A DNA stretch of 64,000 nt from a bacterium (GCA_037129835.1 JBAXUE010000002.1:2334-66333), one strand, 5' to 3'. Positions 1 to 9,693 are shown, numbered from the stretch's first letter. Program-made: numbers and translations. The notes: a model not told the origin generated them from the letters alone.

Positions 1-303
1 TTTAGGGCACTCTCGAGAACGGCAATAAAGAAAATAGTTACACTCCAACTGAATGAGCTATCTCTTAGGCTGGCTAGTAAGAATATTATTTTACAGTTCC
101 CAAACAGTGTTAAAAATTTATTGGTAGAAAAGGGCTATGATGCAGAAAACGGCGCTCGTCCAATGCGTCGGATCATTCAAAGTCTGTTAGAAGACCCACT
201 GGCAAACGGTCTTTTATCGGGAGAATTCAAAGAAGGGGACACAATTTCAATACTCAGAGAGGGTTCGGATATCCGTCTTTATGTTTTACAAACGACAAAA
301 TGA
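1..303 (+). CDS. C-terminal fragment of a Clp/Hsp100 ATPase (ClpC/ClpB-like); the 5' end lies outside the window
   Basis: Frame 1 is open from nt 1. The tail motif ...GARPMRRIIQ...L.DP.A..LL.GE is the conserved C-terminal D2-small domain of Clp ATPases. A yacL-like gene follows, as in Firmicutes clpC loci. Confidence 0.7.
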   Translation, partial: FRALSRTAIKKIVTLQLNELSLRLASKNIILQFPNSVKNLLVEKGYDAENGARPMRRIIQSLLEDPLANGLLSGEFKEGDTISILREGSDIRLYVLQTTK

Positions 304-371
304 TGTCTTGTAATATTGTCCCTACTAGATAATAATATTTATTAGCACATTAGAAACAAAAGGAGTAGTTT

Positions 372-1316
372 GTGAATCCGTTATTATTTATTGTCTTTAT
401 ATTTATCGCACTCCTGCTTGTAGCCATCGCAATTATAGAAGTACACGTAAAGCCGGCTATTAAGCATGTTATTTTAGGGTTAGTGACAATGATATTTGGG
501 CTTATGGTTGGTAGCTTACTAGCTGAACCATTGTCGAAATTACCAGGAATATTTGGACAGTATTTGCCTATTTCTGTCAGTGTATTTCTTGGTGCAGTCG
601 GATTGGTTTTTTATAAAAAGTTAATTCCAATTGTTGATGATAGTTCTAAAAATATTTCTCGACTCTTTAACTCTGTTATATCTCAGCCATTAATGGGTGG
701 TCAGCAAAAGAGTAAAAATTTTGATTCCGTTGTCGTAGATTCCTCGGTCCTTATAGATCGTAGGGTTGTAGATATTGCCAAGGCGGGATTTCTTCCTCAG
801 GTTCTTTTGGTGCCGAGATTTGTTATTAAAGAAATACAAAATATTGCAGACTCAAAAGAAAATGATAGAAGAGAAAAAGGACACCGAGGTTTGGATAGTA
901 TAAATGATCTAAAAAAAATTAAACAAAAAACATTTGAAATAACCACGGAAGAATTTAAGGATATTCCAGAAGTAGACCATAAGTTGATAGCACTCGCAAA
1001 AAAGAAGAATGCGAGCCTTTTAACAACCGATTTCAATTTGAACAAAGTGGCTACCAGTGAGGGCATCAGTGTTTTAAATATCAACGAACTTGCACAGTCG
1101 ATGAGACCAGATTTGCTGCCAGGTCAGGAGCTTATAGTAAAAGTTATTCATCACGGTAAAGATAAAACACAAGGAGTCGGTTATCTAGAAGACGGTACTA
1201 TGATAGTGATAGAGCAAGGCGGTAATAGTCTAAACAAACAGTTAAGGGTTAGGATAACTAGAGCGTTGCAAACCACGGCCGGGAAAATGTATTTTGCCAA
1301 GGTGCTTAATGATTAA
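372..1316 (+). CDS. PIN + TRAM domain membrane-anchored protein (YacL-like)
   Basis: GTG start with an AAAGGAG RBS. N-terminal TM helices, a PIN-like segment (VVDSSVLIDRRVVDIAKAGFL) and a C-terminal TRAM-like barrel. Synteny with clpC. Confidence 0.7.
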   Translation: MNPLLFIVFIFIALLLVAIAIIEVHVKPAIKHVILGLVTMIFGLMVGSLLAEPLSKLPGIFGQYLPISVSVFLGAVGLVFYKKLIPIVDDSSKNISRLFNSVISQPLMGGQQKSKNFDSVVVDSSVLIDRRVVDIAKAGFLPQVLLVPRFVIKEIQNIADSKENDRREKGHRGLDSINDLKKIKQKTFEITTEEFKDIPEVDHKLIALAKKKNASLLTTDFNLNKVATSEGISVLNINELAQSMRPDLLPGQELIVKVIHHGKDKTQGVGYLEDGTMIVIEQGGNSLNKQLRVRITRALQTTAGKMYFAKVLND

Positions 1317-2169
1317 TATTCAAAAAAACATATTACTTTCTAAATACACTACTTTAGGAGTAGGTGGACCGGCTAAATATCTGGTAATCGTAAATACAAC
1401 GGAAGAACTAATCGAGGCGCTTGATTATGCGAGGAACAAACACTTAGAGTTTGCAATTATTGGTGGAGGGAGTAATCTTTTAGTCTCAGATAAGGGTTTT
1501 TATGGCCTTGCGATAATAAATCGTTCTGGCTCTTGGCGTAAAGAGGGGTCTTATATCGTCGCAGATAGTGGCGCCAACCTTACTAAAGTGGCCTATGACG
1601 CTTTAGAGGCTGGTTGGACCGACTTAGCCTTCGCTTCTGGCATTCCCGGAAGTGTTGGAGCCGCAGTAGTTGGTAACGTCGGTGTACCAGATAGTAGTAT
1701 TTCAGATGTATTGGTTTCCACCATAGTGTGGGATGGAGGTCTAATAAAAGAAATTGTGAATTCGGAACTTAATTTTGGCTATCGCACATCAATATTAAAA
1801 CAAAATCGTGATGTTGTAGTAATTTCTGCAAAATTTAAGTTATCAAATGGTAAGATGGACGACACCTTAAAAATAATTCTTGAGGATAAGAAAAGACGGG
1901 CATTTTCTTACGTGGGACGTACTGCGGGAAGCTATTTTAAAAATCCGAAGGGTGATAAATCGGCTGGCGAATTAATAGATTCACTCGGGCTAAAAAGTTA
2001 CTCTATCAGAGGTGCAGAAATCAGCCAAAATCATGCGAATGTTATCCGTAATATGGGCGAAGCAACAGCGGGTGACATATATGACCTAGAAAAATATGTA
2101 ATTGAAAAGGTTAAGGATGGCTATAACATTACTCTTGAGCCAGAGGTCGTTAAACTGGGCAAATTCTAA
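1309..2169 (+). CDS. murB: UDP-N-acetylenolpyruvoylglucosamine reductase MurB
   Basis: FAD-binding motif LGVGGPAKYLV...IIGGGSNLL. Length and domain order fit MurB. The internal ATG at 1309 gives a shorter overlap with the upstream gene than the 1294 ORF start. Confidence 0.85.
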   Translation: MINIQKNILLSKYTTLGVGGPAKYLVIVNTTEELIEALDYARNKHLEFAIIGGGSNLLVSDKGFYGLAIINRSGSWRKEGSYIVADSGANLTKVAYDALEAGWTDLAFASGIPGSVGAAVVGNVGVPDSSISDVLVSTIVWDGGLIKEIVNSELNFGYRTSILKQNRDVVVISAKFKLSNGKMDDTLKIILEDKKRRAFSYVGRTAGSYFKNPKGDKSAGELIDSLGLKSYSIRGAEISQNHANVIRNMGEATAGDIYDLEKYVIEKVKDGYNITLEPEVVKLGKF

Positions 2170-2528
2170 ACAAGAAGCCACCTTGGCATACATATTCGCG
2201 AAAACATATACACTTCAGTGGCTTCACGTTAGAAGTAGAGTGCTTTATTTGGGCAGTCACTACTTTTTGCCTAACGTACTCCTTTGTTAAGACGTAAACC
2301 TATATTGGGGTCCGTAGCTCTCATTACTTTCGCTTTGGCTTTTTTTAATCACCGAAGTTTCTGTAAAAAGTCGAGCACGTAGCTCCAGCCTTGGCAAGTA
2401 TAGGTCACTATCTTAACCGGGAGAGTTGTGGCCTGAAATTATTAAGACACAACTCTCACGATTAACATTAGAATTATATCATGGTTTAGGATTTGACCGT
2501 AATAGCGAATTTTTAATAACCAAAAGTC

Positions 2529-5033
2529 TTACAAAGGAGTAATTGTTGGAGTTGTTGTTGGAGTAATTATTAGTGTTGGGGTCGGGGTTGGAGTAATGGT
2601 CGGTGTGGGTGTTGGTGTGGGGATAATTTCACAAACATCTTGTGGTATTTGGGCTGCGTCTGTAGATAATCCGTTCGCTTGCGCCCAGGCAATGATTGGT
2701 GCAAACCACCTAGAATAAGCACCGTCTGTTGCAGGTATTTCTGCGGTTACGGCACCGATAGTTTTTGTTTCGGTATTTTCTGCAGTGGGAGGGCAGGATG
2801 GGTTTACTTGTTTGCCAGTTAATTTATTTATTTGGATGTCGGATGATTGCCCATTAAAGTCAGGTACTTTGTACCAAGAAGGGAAAATATCGGTAACAGT
2901 TTTTTTGCTATTCGCACTAGGTTTTCTTCCAGTAATTGCATCTAGGGTAACTGTTTTAACGCCGCTTGGTCTTTTGAACTGTTCGACAGCAGTATTAGCC
3001 AGAGCTTTTTCCATAAAGTCATGCCAGATAGGAGCAGCAGCGAAGGCACCACCGCCAGAAGTCATTGGAGTGCCATCATTATTGCCAGACCATACCCCGG
3101 CGACTAAGCTTGGAGTATATCCGACGGTCCAAGCATCTTTATAGCTGTTGGTTGTCCCTGTTTTTGCGGCTGCTGGACGTCCGCCAAGAGAGAGGGCACT
3201 ACCAGCACCGAACGTTTGTGCTCTAGCGGAATCGTCTGAAAGAACATTGCTCATTATGTAGGCAACTTGAGGGTCGAGCACTTGTTTACCTGTTTTGTCT
3301 GTATATTCATCGAGTGTTTTGCCTTTGCTGTCTTGAATTTTTACAAACCAACTCGTATCTTTTTTGACACCTTGATTAGCAAAAACTCCATATGCACTTG
3401 TCATGTCTAATAGTTTTACTTCTCCTGCGCCTAGAACAAGGGATAGACCGTATTGGCTTGGGTCATTAAGCGTAGTAATACCCATAGCGTGAGCAGTATC
3501 GATGGTCTGTGTTAGCCCGGCTAGATAAAGTGTTTTTACTGCAGGGATATTTAATGAATTTTGAAGGGCTGTTCTCATCGATACTGGACCCCAGAAACCA
3601 CCACTATAATTCTGGGGAACATAGCCTGCACCGAAATCTGTCTTCAGGTCATAGAGAATACTTCCAGCGCCAGTGTTGGCGTCTTTCCACGCAGTCGCGT
3701 ATGCAAAAGGTTTAAAGGAGGAACCTGGTTGTCTATCGGATATCGCTATATTTACCTGACCATCAATTTCTTCGTTAAAATAATCTCTACTCCCAACCAT
3801 TGCAAGAATCTGCCCTGTTTTTGGATCTATTGCCACGAGACCTGCGTTTGTGGCGCCATAACGACTTTTGTTTTTATCAACATTCGCGGCTACTGCCTCT
3901 TCGGCGGCTTTTTGTTTTTCGAGGTCAATTGAGGTATAGACTTTTAATCCACCAGTATTTACCAACGTTTCCCCATATTTTTTAACGAGTTGTTCTTTGA
4001 CATACATTACAAAATGAGGCGCCTCTATTGAACCATATGGATTATTTGAAAAAATAAGTTTTTCCTTTTTTGCTGCAACCGCTTCGGCTTTTGTAATATA
4101 CTTTTGATCTGCCATAAGATCGATAATCATGTCTTTTCTTGTCATCAGGTCGGTTACATGATTTCCGAAGGGAGAATAATAAGTGGGCGCGTTTGGTAAC
4201 GCAGCCAGAAGGGCGCTTTCTGCGATCGTTAAGTCTTTCATCTCTTTGTTGAAAAATGTACTTGAAGCTACTTTAATACCATAAGCATTTGAGCCATATG
4301 GGATTTCGTTGAGATACATTTTAAGAATGTCATCTTTTTTATACATTTGTTCGATTTCCATTGAAAGAATTATTTCTTTGGCTTTACGAGTAAGAGAACG
4401 TTCATTTGTTAGGATAGCATTTTTTACAAACTGTTGAGTGATTGTAGAGCCGCCGCCTTTTGATGAGTTCCTGGTGATTATACCCGTGACAGCTCGGCCG
4501 ATACCAAAAATGTCAAAGCCCCCGTGTTTATAGAAATTTTTATCCTCAATAGCAACTGTCGCATTTTTTACATTCTTTGGAATCTCATCCCAGCTTGCAA
4601 GTATGCGGTTTTGATCACCGTGTATTTCGTATAAGATTTTGCCATTTCTGTCGAAAATTTGGGTAGATTGGGCGGAAACCTTGGCATTTATTTTATCGGG
4701 GCTCGGTAAGTCCTTAGCAAACCATAGAAGTAGTAAGCAAAAAATAGCAAAAAGAACTAGCACGACAATACCTACCTTGATTAGTCCTTCTTTCGTCGTA
4801 AAAAGATATTTAAGGTATGCTTTTATATCTTTGAATTTAAAGTTTTTAAAATTTAATTTAATGGCAGTAACAGATGAACCAGATTTTACAACCTTGTTGC
4901 TACGAAAAGGTTTTTTTGAGGTTCCAACAGAGCTAGAAACAGAGGCTGTCCTTTTCCTTTTAGAGCGTGGAGATTTTGGGAAAGTGCTGTATTTCTGCTT
5001 AGAGAATCGTGAACTTTTTTTGCCAAAAGGCAT
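2529..5033 (-). CDS. Class A penicillin-binding protein (transglycosylase + transpeptidase), with a basic N-terminal tail and a C-terminal Pro/Thr repeat
   Basis: GT51 motifs (EDKNFYKHGGFD, RKAKE). Transpeptidase SxxK (GSSFKP), SxN (SLN) and KTG (AAKTGT) motifs. A single TM helix. C-terminal PTPTPTPTITPTPTPT. Confidence 0.9.
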   Translation of the reverse strand: MPFGKKSSRFSKQKYSTFPKSPRSKRKRTASVSSSVGTSKKPFRSNKVVKSGSSVTAIKLNFKNFKFKDIKAYLKYLFTTKEGLIKVGIVVLVLFAIFCLLLLWFAKDLPSPDKINAKVSAQSTQIFDRNGKILYEIHGDQNRILASWDEIPKNVKNATVAIEDKNFYKHGGFDIFGIGRAVTGIITRNSSKGGGSTITQQFVKNAILTNERSLTRKAKEIILSMEIEQMYKKDDILKMYLNEIPYGSNAYGIKVASSTFFNKEMKDLTIAESALLAALPNAPTYYSPFGNHVTDLMTRKDMIIDLMADQKYITKAEAVAAKKEKLIFSNNPYGSIEAPHFVMYVKEQLVKKYGETLVNTGGLKVYTSIDLEKQKAAEEAVAANVDKNKSRYGATNAGLVAIDPKTGQILAMVGSRDYFNEEIDGQVNIAISDRQPGSSFKPFAYATAWKDANTGAGSILYDLKTDFGAGYVPQNYSGGFWGPVSMRTALQNSLNIPAVKTLYLAGLTQTIDTAHAMGITTLNDPSQYGLSLVLGAGEVKLLDMTSAYGVFANQGVKKDTSWFVKIQDSKGKTLDEYTDKTGKQVLDPQVAYIMSNVLSDDSARAQTFGAGSALSLGGRPAAAKTGTTNSYKDAWTVGYTPSLVAGVWSGNNDGTPMTSGGGAFAAAPIWHDFMEKALANTAVEQFKRPSGVKTVTLDAITGRKPSANSKKTVTDIFPSWYKVPDFNGQSSDIQINKLTGKQVNPSCPPTAENTETKTIGAVTAEIPATDGAYSRWFAPIIAWAQANGLSTDAAQIPQDVCEIIPTPTPTPTITPTPTPTLIITPTTTPTITPL

Positions 5034-5153
5034 GATTGCTCCTAATTTATTTTGATTTTATAGCTAAAAAGTGTTTTAATTAACTTGTTAAGTCGTGCTT
5101 ACGACTAAACAGATTATACTTAATTTATATATAAAATGTCAAGGAAGCAAAAG

Positions 5154-6329
5154 ATGAATAAAATTGAAGAAATACTTACTCGCGGCGTTACGGATGTTAT
5201 TGTCAAAGAAGATCTTGAAAAAGTTTTGAAAAGTGACAAAAAGTTACGTATTAAACTAGGTATAGATCCCACTGGCCCAAAACTACATATTGGTCGAGCA
5301 ATTTCCTTGTGGAAGCTACGTGAATTCCAGGACTTAGGACACCAAATAGTTTTGATAATTGGAGATTTTACGGCTCAAACAGGGGACGCCTCTGATAAAA
5401 CAGCAGAAAGACAAATTCTCACACCCGAAGTAATAGCCAAAAATATGAATACATATAAGCAACAAATCGGTATGATTCTCGATATGGATAACGTAGAGAT
5501 ACGCTACAATTCAGAATGGTGGGGTAAGATGAGTGCTGGAGAGTTATTGCAAGAAGCAGCAAATTTCACCGTCAACCAACTAATCAAACGAGATAACTTT
5601 TGGCAAAGATGGGAAAATGATAAACCAATTGGTCTGCATGAAATATTGTACCCGTTGCAACAGGGTTACGACTCTGTTGCCATAAAGGCCGACGTGGAGA
5701 TCGGTGGTAATGATCAGCTGTTTAATCTGCTGGCAGGCCGGACAATGCAAAAAAAATATGGTCAAAAAGAGCAGAATGTAATCACTTTCGAGCTTTTAGA
5801 GGGTACTGACGGACGCAAAATGAGTACTAGTTATGATAATTGTATATATATCGAAGATGAGCCAAATGAAATGTTTGGGAAAATTATGTCGATCAAGGAT
5901 GAATTGATTTTGCGTTATTTGAAGTTAGTTACAGATATACCGATTGGTGAGGTTGAAATGATCAAGCTTGACTTAGAAAATGGGATGAATCCTAGGGATG
6001 CCAAAGTTATTTTAGGTAAAGCACTCGTGTCTAGATATCATGGGGTAGAAAAAGCCGAAGAAGCAAGTCAACATTTTCAGCAAGTTTTCGTTAATAAAGA
6101 AAAACCTACCGCGATTGAAGAGATTGAAATTTTGAAAAAGAAATGGCAGCTTGCAGAACTATTACATTTCGCAGGTTTGGTTTCCTCGAAAACAGACGGA
6201 CGTCGAATAATAGAACAGGGTGGTGTAAAAGTCGATGGAGCCGTGATAGGTGACAGAGAGGCTACCGTTAATTCTACAAGTGGTATGGTCATTCAGGTTG
6301 GCAAGCGAAAATTCATTAAAATAAAATAG
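5154..6329 (+). CDS. tyrS: Tyrosyl-tRNA synthetase
   Basis: Class I HIGH-like motif (P.G..LHIGR), KMSTS (a KMSKS variant) and a C-terminal S4 domain (GRRIIEQGGVKVDG). An AAGGAAG RBS precedes the ATG at 5154; the ORF-track start at 5136 has no RBS. Confidence 0.85.
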   Translation: MNKIEEILTRGVTDVIVKEDLEKVLKSDKKLRIKLGIDPTGPKLHIGRAISLWKLREFQDLGHQIVLIIGDFTAQTGDASDKTAERQILTPEVIAKNMNTYKQQIGMILDMDNVEIRYNSEWWGKMSAGELLQEAANFTVNQLIKRDNFWQRWENDKPIGLHEILYPLQQGYDSVAIKADVEIGGNDQLFNLLAGRTMQKKYGQKEQNVITFELLEGTDGRKMSTSYDNCIYIEDEPNEMFGKIMSIKDELILRYLKLVTDIPIGEVEMIKLDLENGMNPRDAKVILGKALVSRYHGVEKAEEASQHFQQVFVNKEKPTAIEEIEILKKKWQLAELLHFAGLVSSKTDGRRIIEQGGVKVDGAVIGDREATVNSTSGMVIQVGKRKFIKIK

Positions 6330-6337
6330 GTGAAAAT

Positions 6338-6499
6338 ATGAACTCAAAAAAAAGAGAACTTTTAGAACTATTGTGGTTTATTATTGCGACTCTTGGGATA
6401 TATCTAATTATTAAGCTAGAAGGTGACTTTGCCGCTTTGGTTACTATCGGTATTGCGACTGTTTTCGGTTTTTGTATAATCTATTTCAAAAAGAAATAA
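6338..6499 (+). CDS. Small (53 aa) two-TM hydrophobic protein, below the ORF-track size cutoff
   Basis: An AGGTGA RBS lies 4 nt upstream of the ATG. The product MNSKKRELLELLWFIIATLGIYLIIKLEGDFAALVTIGIATVFGFCIIYFKKK has two hydrophobic helices. Its stop TAA abuts the recG ATG (TAAATG), suggesting translational coupling. Confidence 0.4.
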   Translation: MNSKKRELLELLWFIIATLGIYLIIKLEGDFAALVTIGIATVFGFCIIYFKKK

Positions 6500-8650
6500 A
6501 TGAATTTAAAAACTCCGATTATTGAAGTAGAAGGAATTGGTGAAAGCCATTCTAGATTACTCGAAAAGCTTGGAATATGCACAATCGAGGATTTTTTATG
6601 GTATTTACCAAGGCGCTGGGATGATTTTTCGAATATTCTTCTGATAAATCAGATACGACCAGGCGAAAAAGTAAGCATTAAGGCCAAAGTAGCCAGAATA
6701 ACCAATAGAAGAGTCAAAGGAACCCTGAATCTTACTGAGGCGATAGTTGCAGATGAAAGTGGACTCCTCAAGGTAGTCTGGTTTAATCAGCCGTTTTTAA
6801 CAAAAAATATCCATGTAGATGATGAAATATTCCTCTCGGGAGTTGTAGAGTTTTCTTATGGGTCAATTCAGATGACTAGTCCGACTTATGAAAAAGTTTC
6901 TTTTGATGATAATGAAACTATCCATACAGGGAGAATCGTGCCTGTGTATCCTGAAACTGCTGGGATTACATCCAAATGGATTAGGAGTAAGATACAGCCC
7001 CTAATGAAATATATGTATAGTATCAAAGATTACCTGCCAGAAAGTGTTAAAAGCGAAGAGAATTTGATCGACCTTCCGGCTGCAATACGTCAGATGCATT
7101 TCCCCGAAAACGAATCTCAACTAGAAAAAGCAAATGAACGAATGAATTTTGATGAAATGTTTCTTCTGCAAACGGCAGTACTGAATAGTAAGAAACAGCT
7201 CAAGACAGAAAAGGCTATAGCGACTCCGATTAACGATGAATTGATCAAATCATTTGTTCAGAACCTCGGTTTTGACCTTACTGTGGCTCAAAGAAAATCA
7301 GCATGGGATATACTACAGGATTGCGCCAAGGACTCGCCGATGAATCGTTTATTGCAAGGAGATGTTGGTAGCGGGAAGACTGTAGTCGCAGCTATTGCTC
7401 TTTTAAATACCGCGATTAGCGGTTCGCAGGCGGCTTTACTTTGCCCTACAGAAATTTTGGCCAAACAGCATTACGTAAAGGTCGCTGAAATGATGAAACT
7501 CTTTGAAATAGAGTGTGCCATTTTGACTGGTGCGACTCGAAAAGAAGAACGAGACATAATATTAGCTCGACTTAAGGAAGGGGAGATAAAAATAATCATC
7601 GGGACTCACGCCCTATTAGAAAAAAATGTTGAATTTTGGAGATTAGGACTCGCTATAGTGGATGAACAGCACAGATTCGGTGTAGAGCAGAGGGGAGCAC
7701 TACGAAAAGAAAGTATTTCTAGCGGCACGATTCCTCATTTTCTAGCGATGACGGCGACACCAATACCGAGGACCTTATCTCTCACTGTTTATGGCGACCT
7801 CGACATTTCTATCATCTACGAGCTTCCACCGGGAAGACAAAAGATAGTCACCCGCATAGTTCCAGAAGAAAAGAGATTAGACGCTTATGTGTTTATAAAA
7901 AAAGAAATAAACCGTGGCGGTCAAGTTTATGTAGTCTGTACTCTAGTGGAGCAGAAGATACAAGAAGATGAGCTGGTCTCAGAAGATTTAGAACAAGAAA
8001 CTTTGAGCGATATCCAAAAAAAAATTATTATTCATCCTATTAGTAAAACAGAAAGTAGTGAAAACGAAAGAAAATCAGTTCTAGATGAATATGGTCGGTT
8101 AAGCAGAAAGGTTTTTCCAGACGTTGTCGTTGATTATATTCATGGCCAGATGAAGACAAGTGAAAAAGAGCTGGCAATGAGCAAATTTGTAAACGGGACG
8201 ACCAAAGTTTTAGTTTGCTCGTCAATTATCGAGGTTGGCCTAGATGTTCCTAGTGCTACTATTATAATAGTCGAGGATGCTGAAAGATTTGGTCTTGCTC
8301 AACTTCATCAGTTTCGTGGTCGCGTTGGCAGAGGATTAAAACAGTCTTATTGTCTACTTTTTTCTAGTAGTAAAAGCGATACCGCGAAGAAACGATTAGA
8401 AGCTTTAGTATTTACCGATAATGGCTTTAAGCTCGCCGATACCGACCTTGAAATACGTGGACCCGGGGACTTTATCGGGGGTAGACAACATGGACTTCCA
8501 GATATTAAAATGAAAAATATGATGGACATAGAACTCATTAAAAGATGTCGAGAAGCTGCGAAAAGATTTGTGGCAGGATACGAGGTTGCCGACTATCCAT
8601 TACTTGTTAAAAACATAGATAAATATATGGGAGTGTTGACTCTTGAGTAA
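6500..8650 (+). CDS. recG: ATP-dependent DNA helicase RecG
   Basis: Walker A (GDVGSGKTVVA), DEQH box (VDEQHRFG), a helicase C-terminal domain and an N-terminal wedge-domain region. Length is about 716 aa. Confidence 0.9.
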   Translation: MNLKTPIIEVEGIGESHSRLLEKLGICTIEDFLWYLPRRWDDFSNILLINQIRPGEKVSIKAKVARITNRRVKGTLNLTEAIVADESGLLKVVWFNQPFLTKNIHVDDEIFLSGVVEFSYGSIQMTSPTYEKVSFDDNETIHTGRIVPVYPETAGITSKWIRSKIQPLMKYMYSIKDYLPESVKSEENLIDLPAAIRQMHFPENESQLEKANERMNFDEMFLLQTAVLNSKKQLKTEKAIATPINDELIKSFVQNLGFDLTVAQRKSAWDILQDCAKDSPMNRLLQGDVGSGKTVVAAIALLNTAISGSQAALLCPTEILAKQHYVKVAEMMKLFEIECAILTGATRKEERDIILARLKEGEIKIIIGTHALLEKNVEFWRLGLAIVDEQHRFGVEQRGALRKESISSGTIPHFLAMTATPIPRTLSLTVYGDLDISIIYELPPGRQKIVTRIVPEEKRLDAYVFIKKEINRGGQVYVVCTLVEQKIQEDELVSEDLEQETLSDIQKKIIIHPISKTESSENERKSVLDEYGRLSRKVFPDVVVDYIHGQMKTSEKELAMSKFVNGTTKVLVCSSIIEVGLDVPSATIIIVEDAERFGLAQLHQFRGRVGRGLKQSYCLLFSSSKSDTAKKRLEALVFTDNGFKLADTDLEIRGPGDFIGGRQHGLPDIKMKNMMDIELIKRCREAAKRFVAGYEVADYPLLVKNIDKYMGVLTLE

Positions 8651-9074
8651 CCAAGAAGAAGAAAAGAAACAAGAAACCAAAAATAAAATCAGAGAACAAA
8701 TCGGCATCCTACTTATCTGTTTAGTCTTGGTATTAAGCGGGTTTCTTTTGCTTAATCAAAAGAAGGATCAAGGAGAAATTAGCTTTGTAGCGGGAGATAA
8801 TACTGTAGTAGCAAATAAAAGCACAGACTCTACTGTAAGTACCCCGCAGGTTGCTGAGAAAACCACAACGGCTTCTATTTCTGAAAAAATTAATATTAAC
8901 ACTGCTTCTATTGAAGATTTAGATAAGCTTTCTGGGGTTGGTCCAGCGACAGCACAAAAAATCATTGATTACAGGGCTCAAAATGGTGGATTCAAATCGA
9001 TTGAAGAAGTAAAAGAAGTTTCTGGGATTGGAGATGTGAAGTATTCACAAATGAAGGATAATATCACTATTTAG
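8643..9074 (+). CDS. comEA: ComEA-like helix-hairpin-helix DNA-binding competence protein
   Basis: TTG start overlapping the recG stop. An N-terminal TM helix and a C-terminal tandem HhH (INTAS.EDLDKLSGVGPATAQKIIDYR...). No in-frame ATG lies upstream of the TM segment. Confidence 0.7.
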   Translation: MSNQEEEKKQETKNKIREQIGILLICLVLVLSGFLLLNQKKDQGEISFVAGDNTVVANKSTDSTVSTPQVAEKTTTASISEKININTASIEDLDKLSGVGPATAQKIIDYRAQNGGFKSIEEVKEVSGIGDVKYSQMKDNITI

Positions 9075-9079
9075 AGAGC

Positions 9080-9108
9080 TTGAAAAATCGGTTCAAAAGA
9101 TGTAAAAT
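9080..9108 (+). promoter_or_regulatory. Sigma70-type promoter TTGAAA-N17-TAAAAT upstream of tRNA-Leu
   Basis: TTGAAA at 9080-9085, an exactly 17-nt spacer, and TAAAAT at 9103-9108, about 45 nt upstream of the tRNA 5' end. Confidence 0.5.
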
Positions 9109-9154
9109 AGTCAAGTTAACTTTGTGCGAAATGATATCTTCTATAGAAAACCAT

Positions 9155-9239
9155 GGGGATGTGGTGAAACTGGTATACACGCTAGTTTTAGGAACTAGTG
9201 CCGCAAGGCGTGGAGGTTCGATTCCTCTCATCCCCACCA
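9155..9239 (+). tRNA. tRNA-Leu (anticodon TAG), CCA encoded
   Basis: Acceptor GGGGATG/CATCCCC. Anticodon stem CTAGT/ACTAG with loop TTTAGGA. A long 13-nt variable arm, T-loop TTCGATT, discriminator A followed by CCA. Total 85 nt. Confidence 0.9.
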
Positions 9240-9375
9240 CGTCAGCATTCGCTGGCGCATGACGCAGATTGACTAACGTCAACTGTTTTATGCTTTCGCG
9301 ATGCTTCCTCTCCCGACAAAATTAGATAAATTTTGTCGGCAACGAGAAATATTAACGATAAAACTAGGAGGAACT

Positions 9376-9693
9376 ATGTTACACGTAGATGATACAAACT
9401 TTGAAAAGGAAGTAGTAAAAAGTGATATTCCAGTAATAGTGGATTTTTTTGCAGATTGGTGTGGACCTTGTAAAATGATGGGCCCAATCTTTGAGGAAGT
9501 AGGAAAAAAGTTTCATGGTAAAGTTAAATTTGTTAAATTAAATGTCGACGAAGCCCAGAAAACAGCACAAAAATACGGTGTTATGAGTATTCCGACATTG
9601 ATTACCTTTAAGGTCGGTGAGCCAGTTGATACTTTGGTAGGACTTCAGGACGAAGATTCACTGTCAGAAAAAGCAGAAAAACTTTTAAAGTAA
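9376..9693 (+). CDS. trxA: Thioredoxin
   Basis: WCGPCK active site and about 105 aa. An AGGAGG RBS precedes the ATG at 9376. The longer 9301 ORF start has no RBS and would run through a leader hairpin. Confidence 0.85.
   Translation: MLHVDDTNFEKEVVKSDIPVIVDFFADWCGPCKMMGPIFEEVGKKFHGKVKFVKLNVDEAQKTAQKYGVMSIPTLITFKVGEPVDTLVGLQDEDSLSEKAEKLLK

Noticed and set aside
797-1084. Minus-strand ORF 797-1084 inside the yacL-like gene
   Set aside because: It is antisense to a gene with clear PIN/TRAM features and has no RBS, so it is spurious.
2170-2528. The 359-nt murB/PBP spacer as a possible SRP RNA, 6S or tmRNA gene
   Set aside because: None of the conserved motifs (e.g. the SRP domain IV AGGAAGCAGCC) were found. 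It is recorded only as a low-interest finding.
5034-5153. Possible T-box riboswitch upstream of tyrS
   Set aside because: The leader is only about 100 nt. No T-box consensus (AATTAGGGTGGNACCGCG) or specifier/antiterminator arrangement is visible, just a short hairpin (AGTCGT-gctt-ACGACT).
9067-9282. ORFs 9067-9282 (-) and 9080-9262 (+) from the six-frame track
   Set aside because: Both are fully explained by tRNA-Leu (9155-9239) and its promoter. They have no RBS and are artefacts of open frames over an RNA gene.
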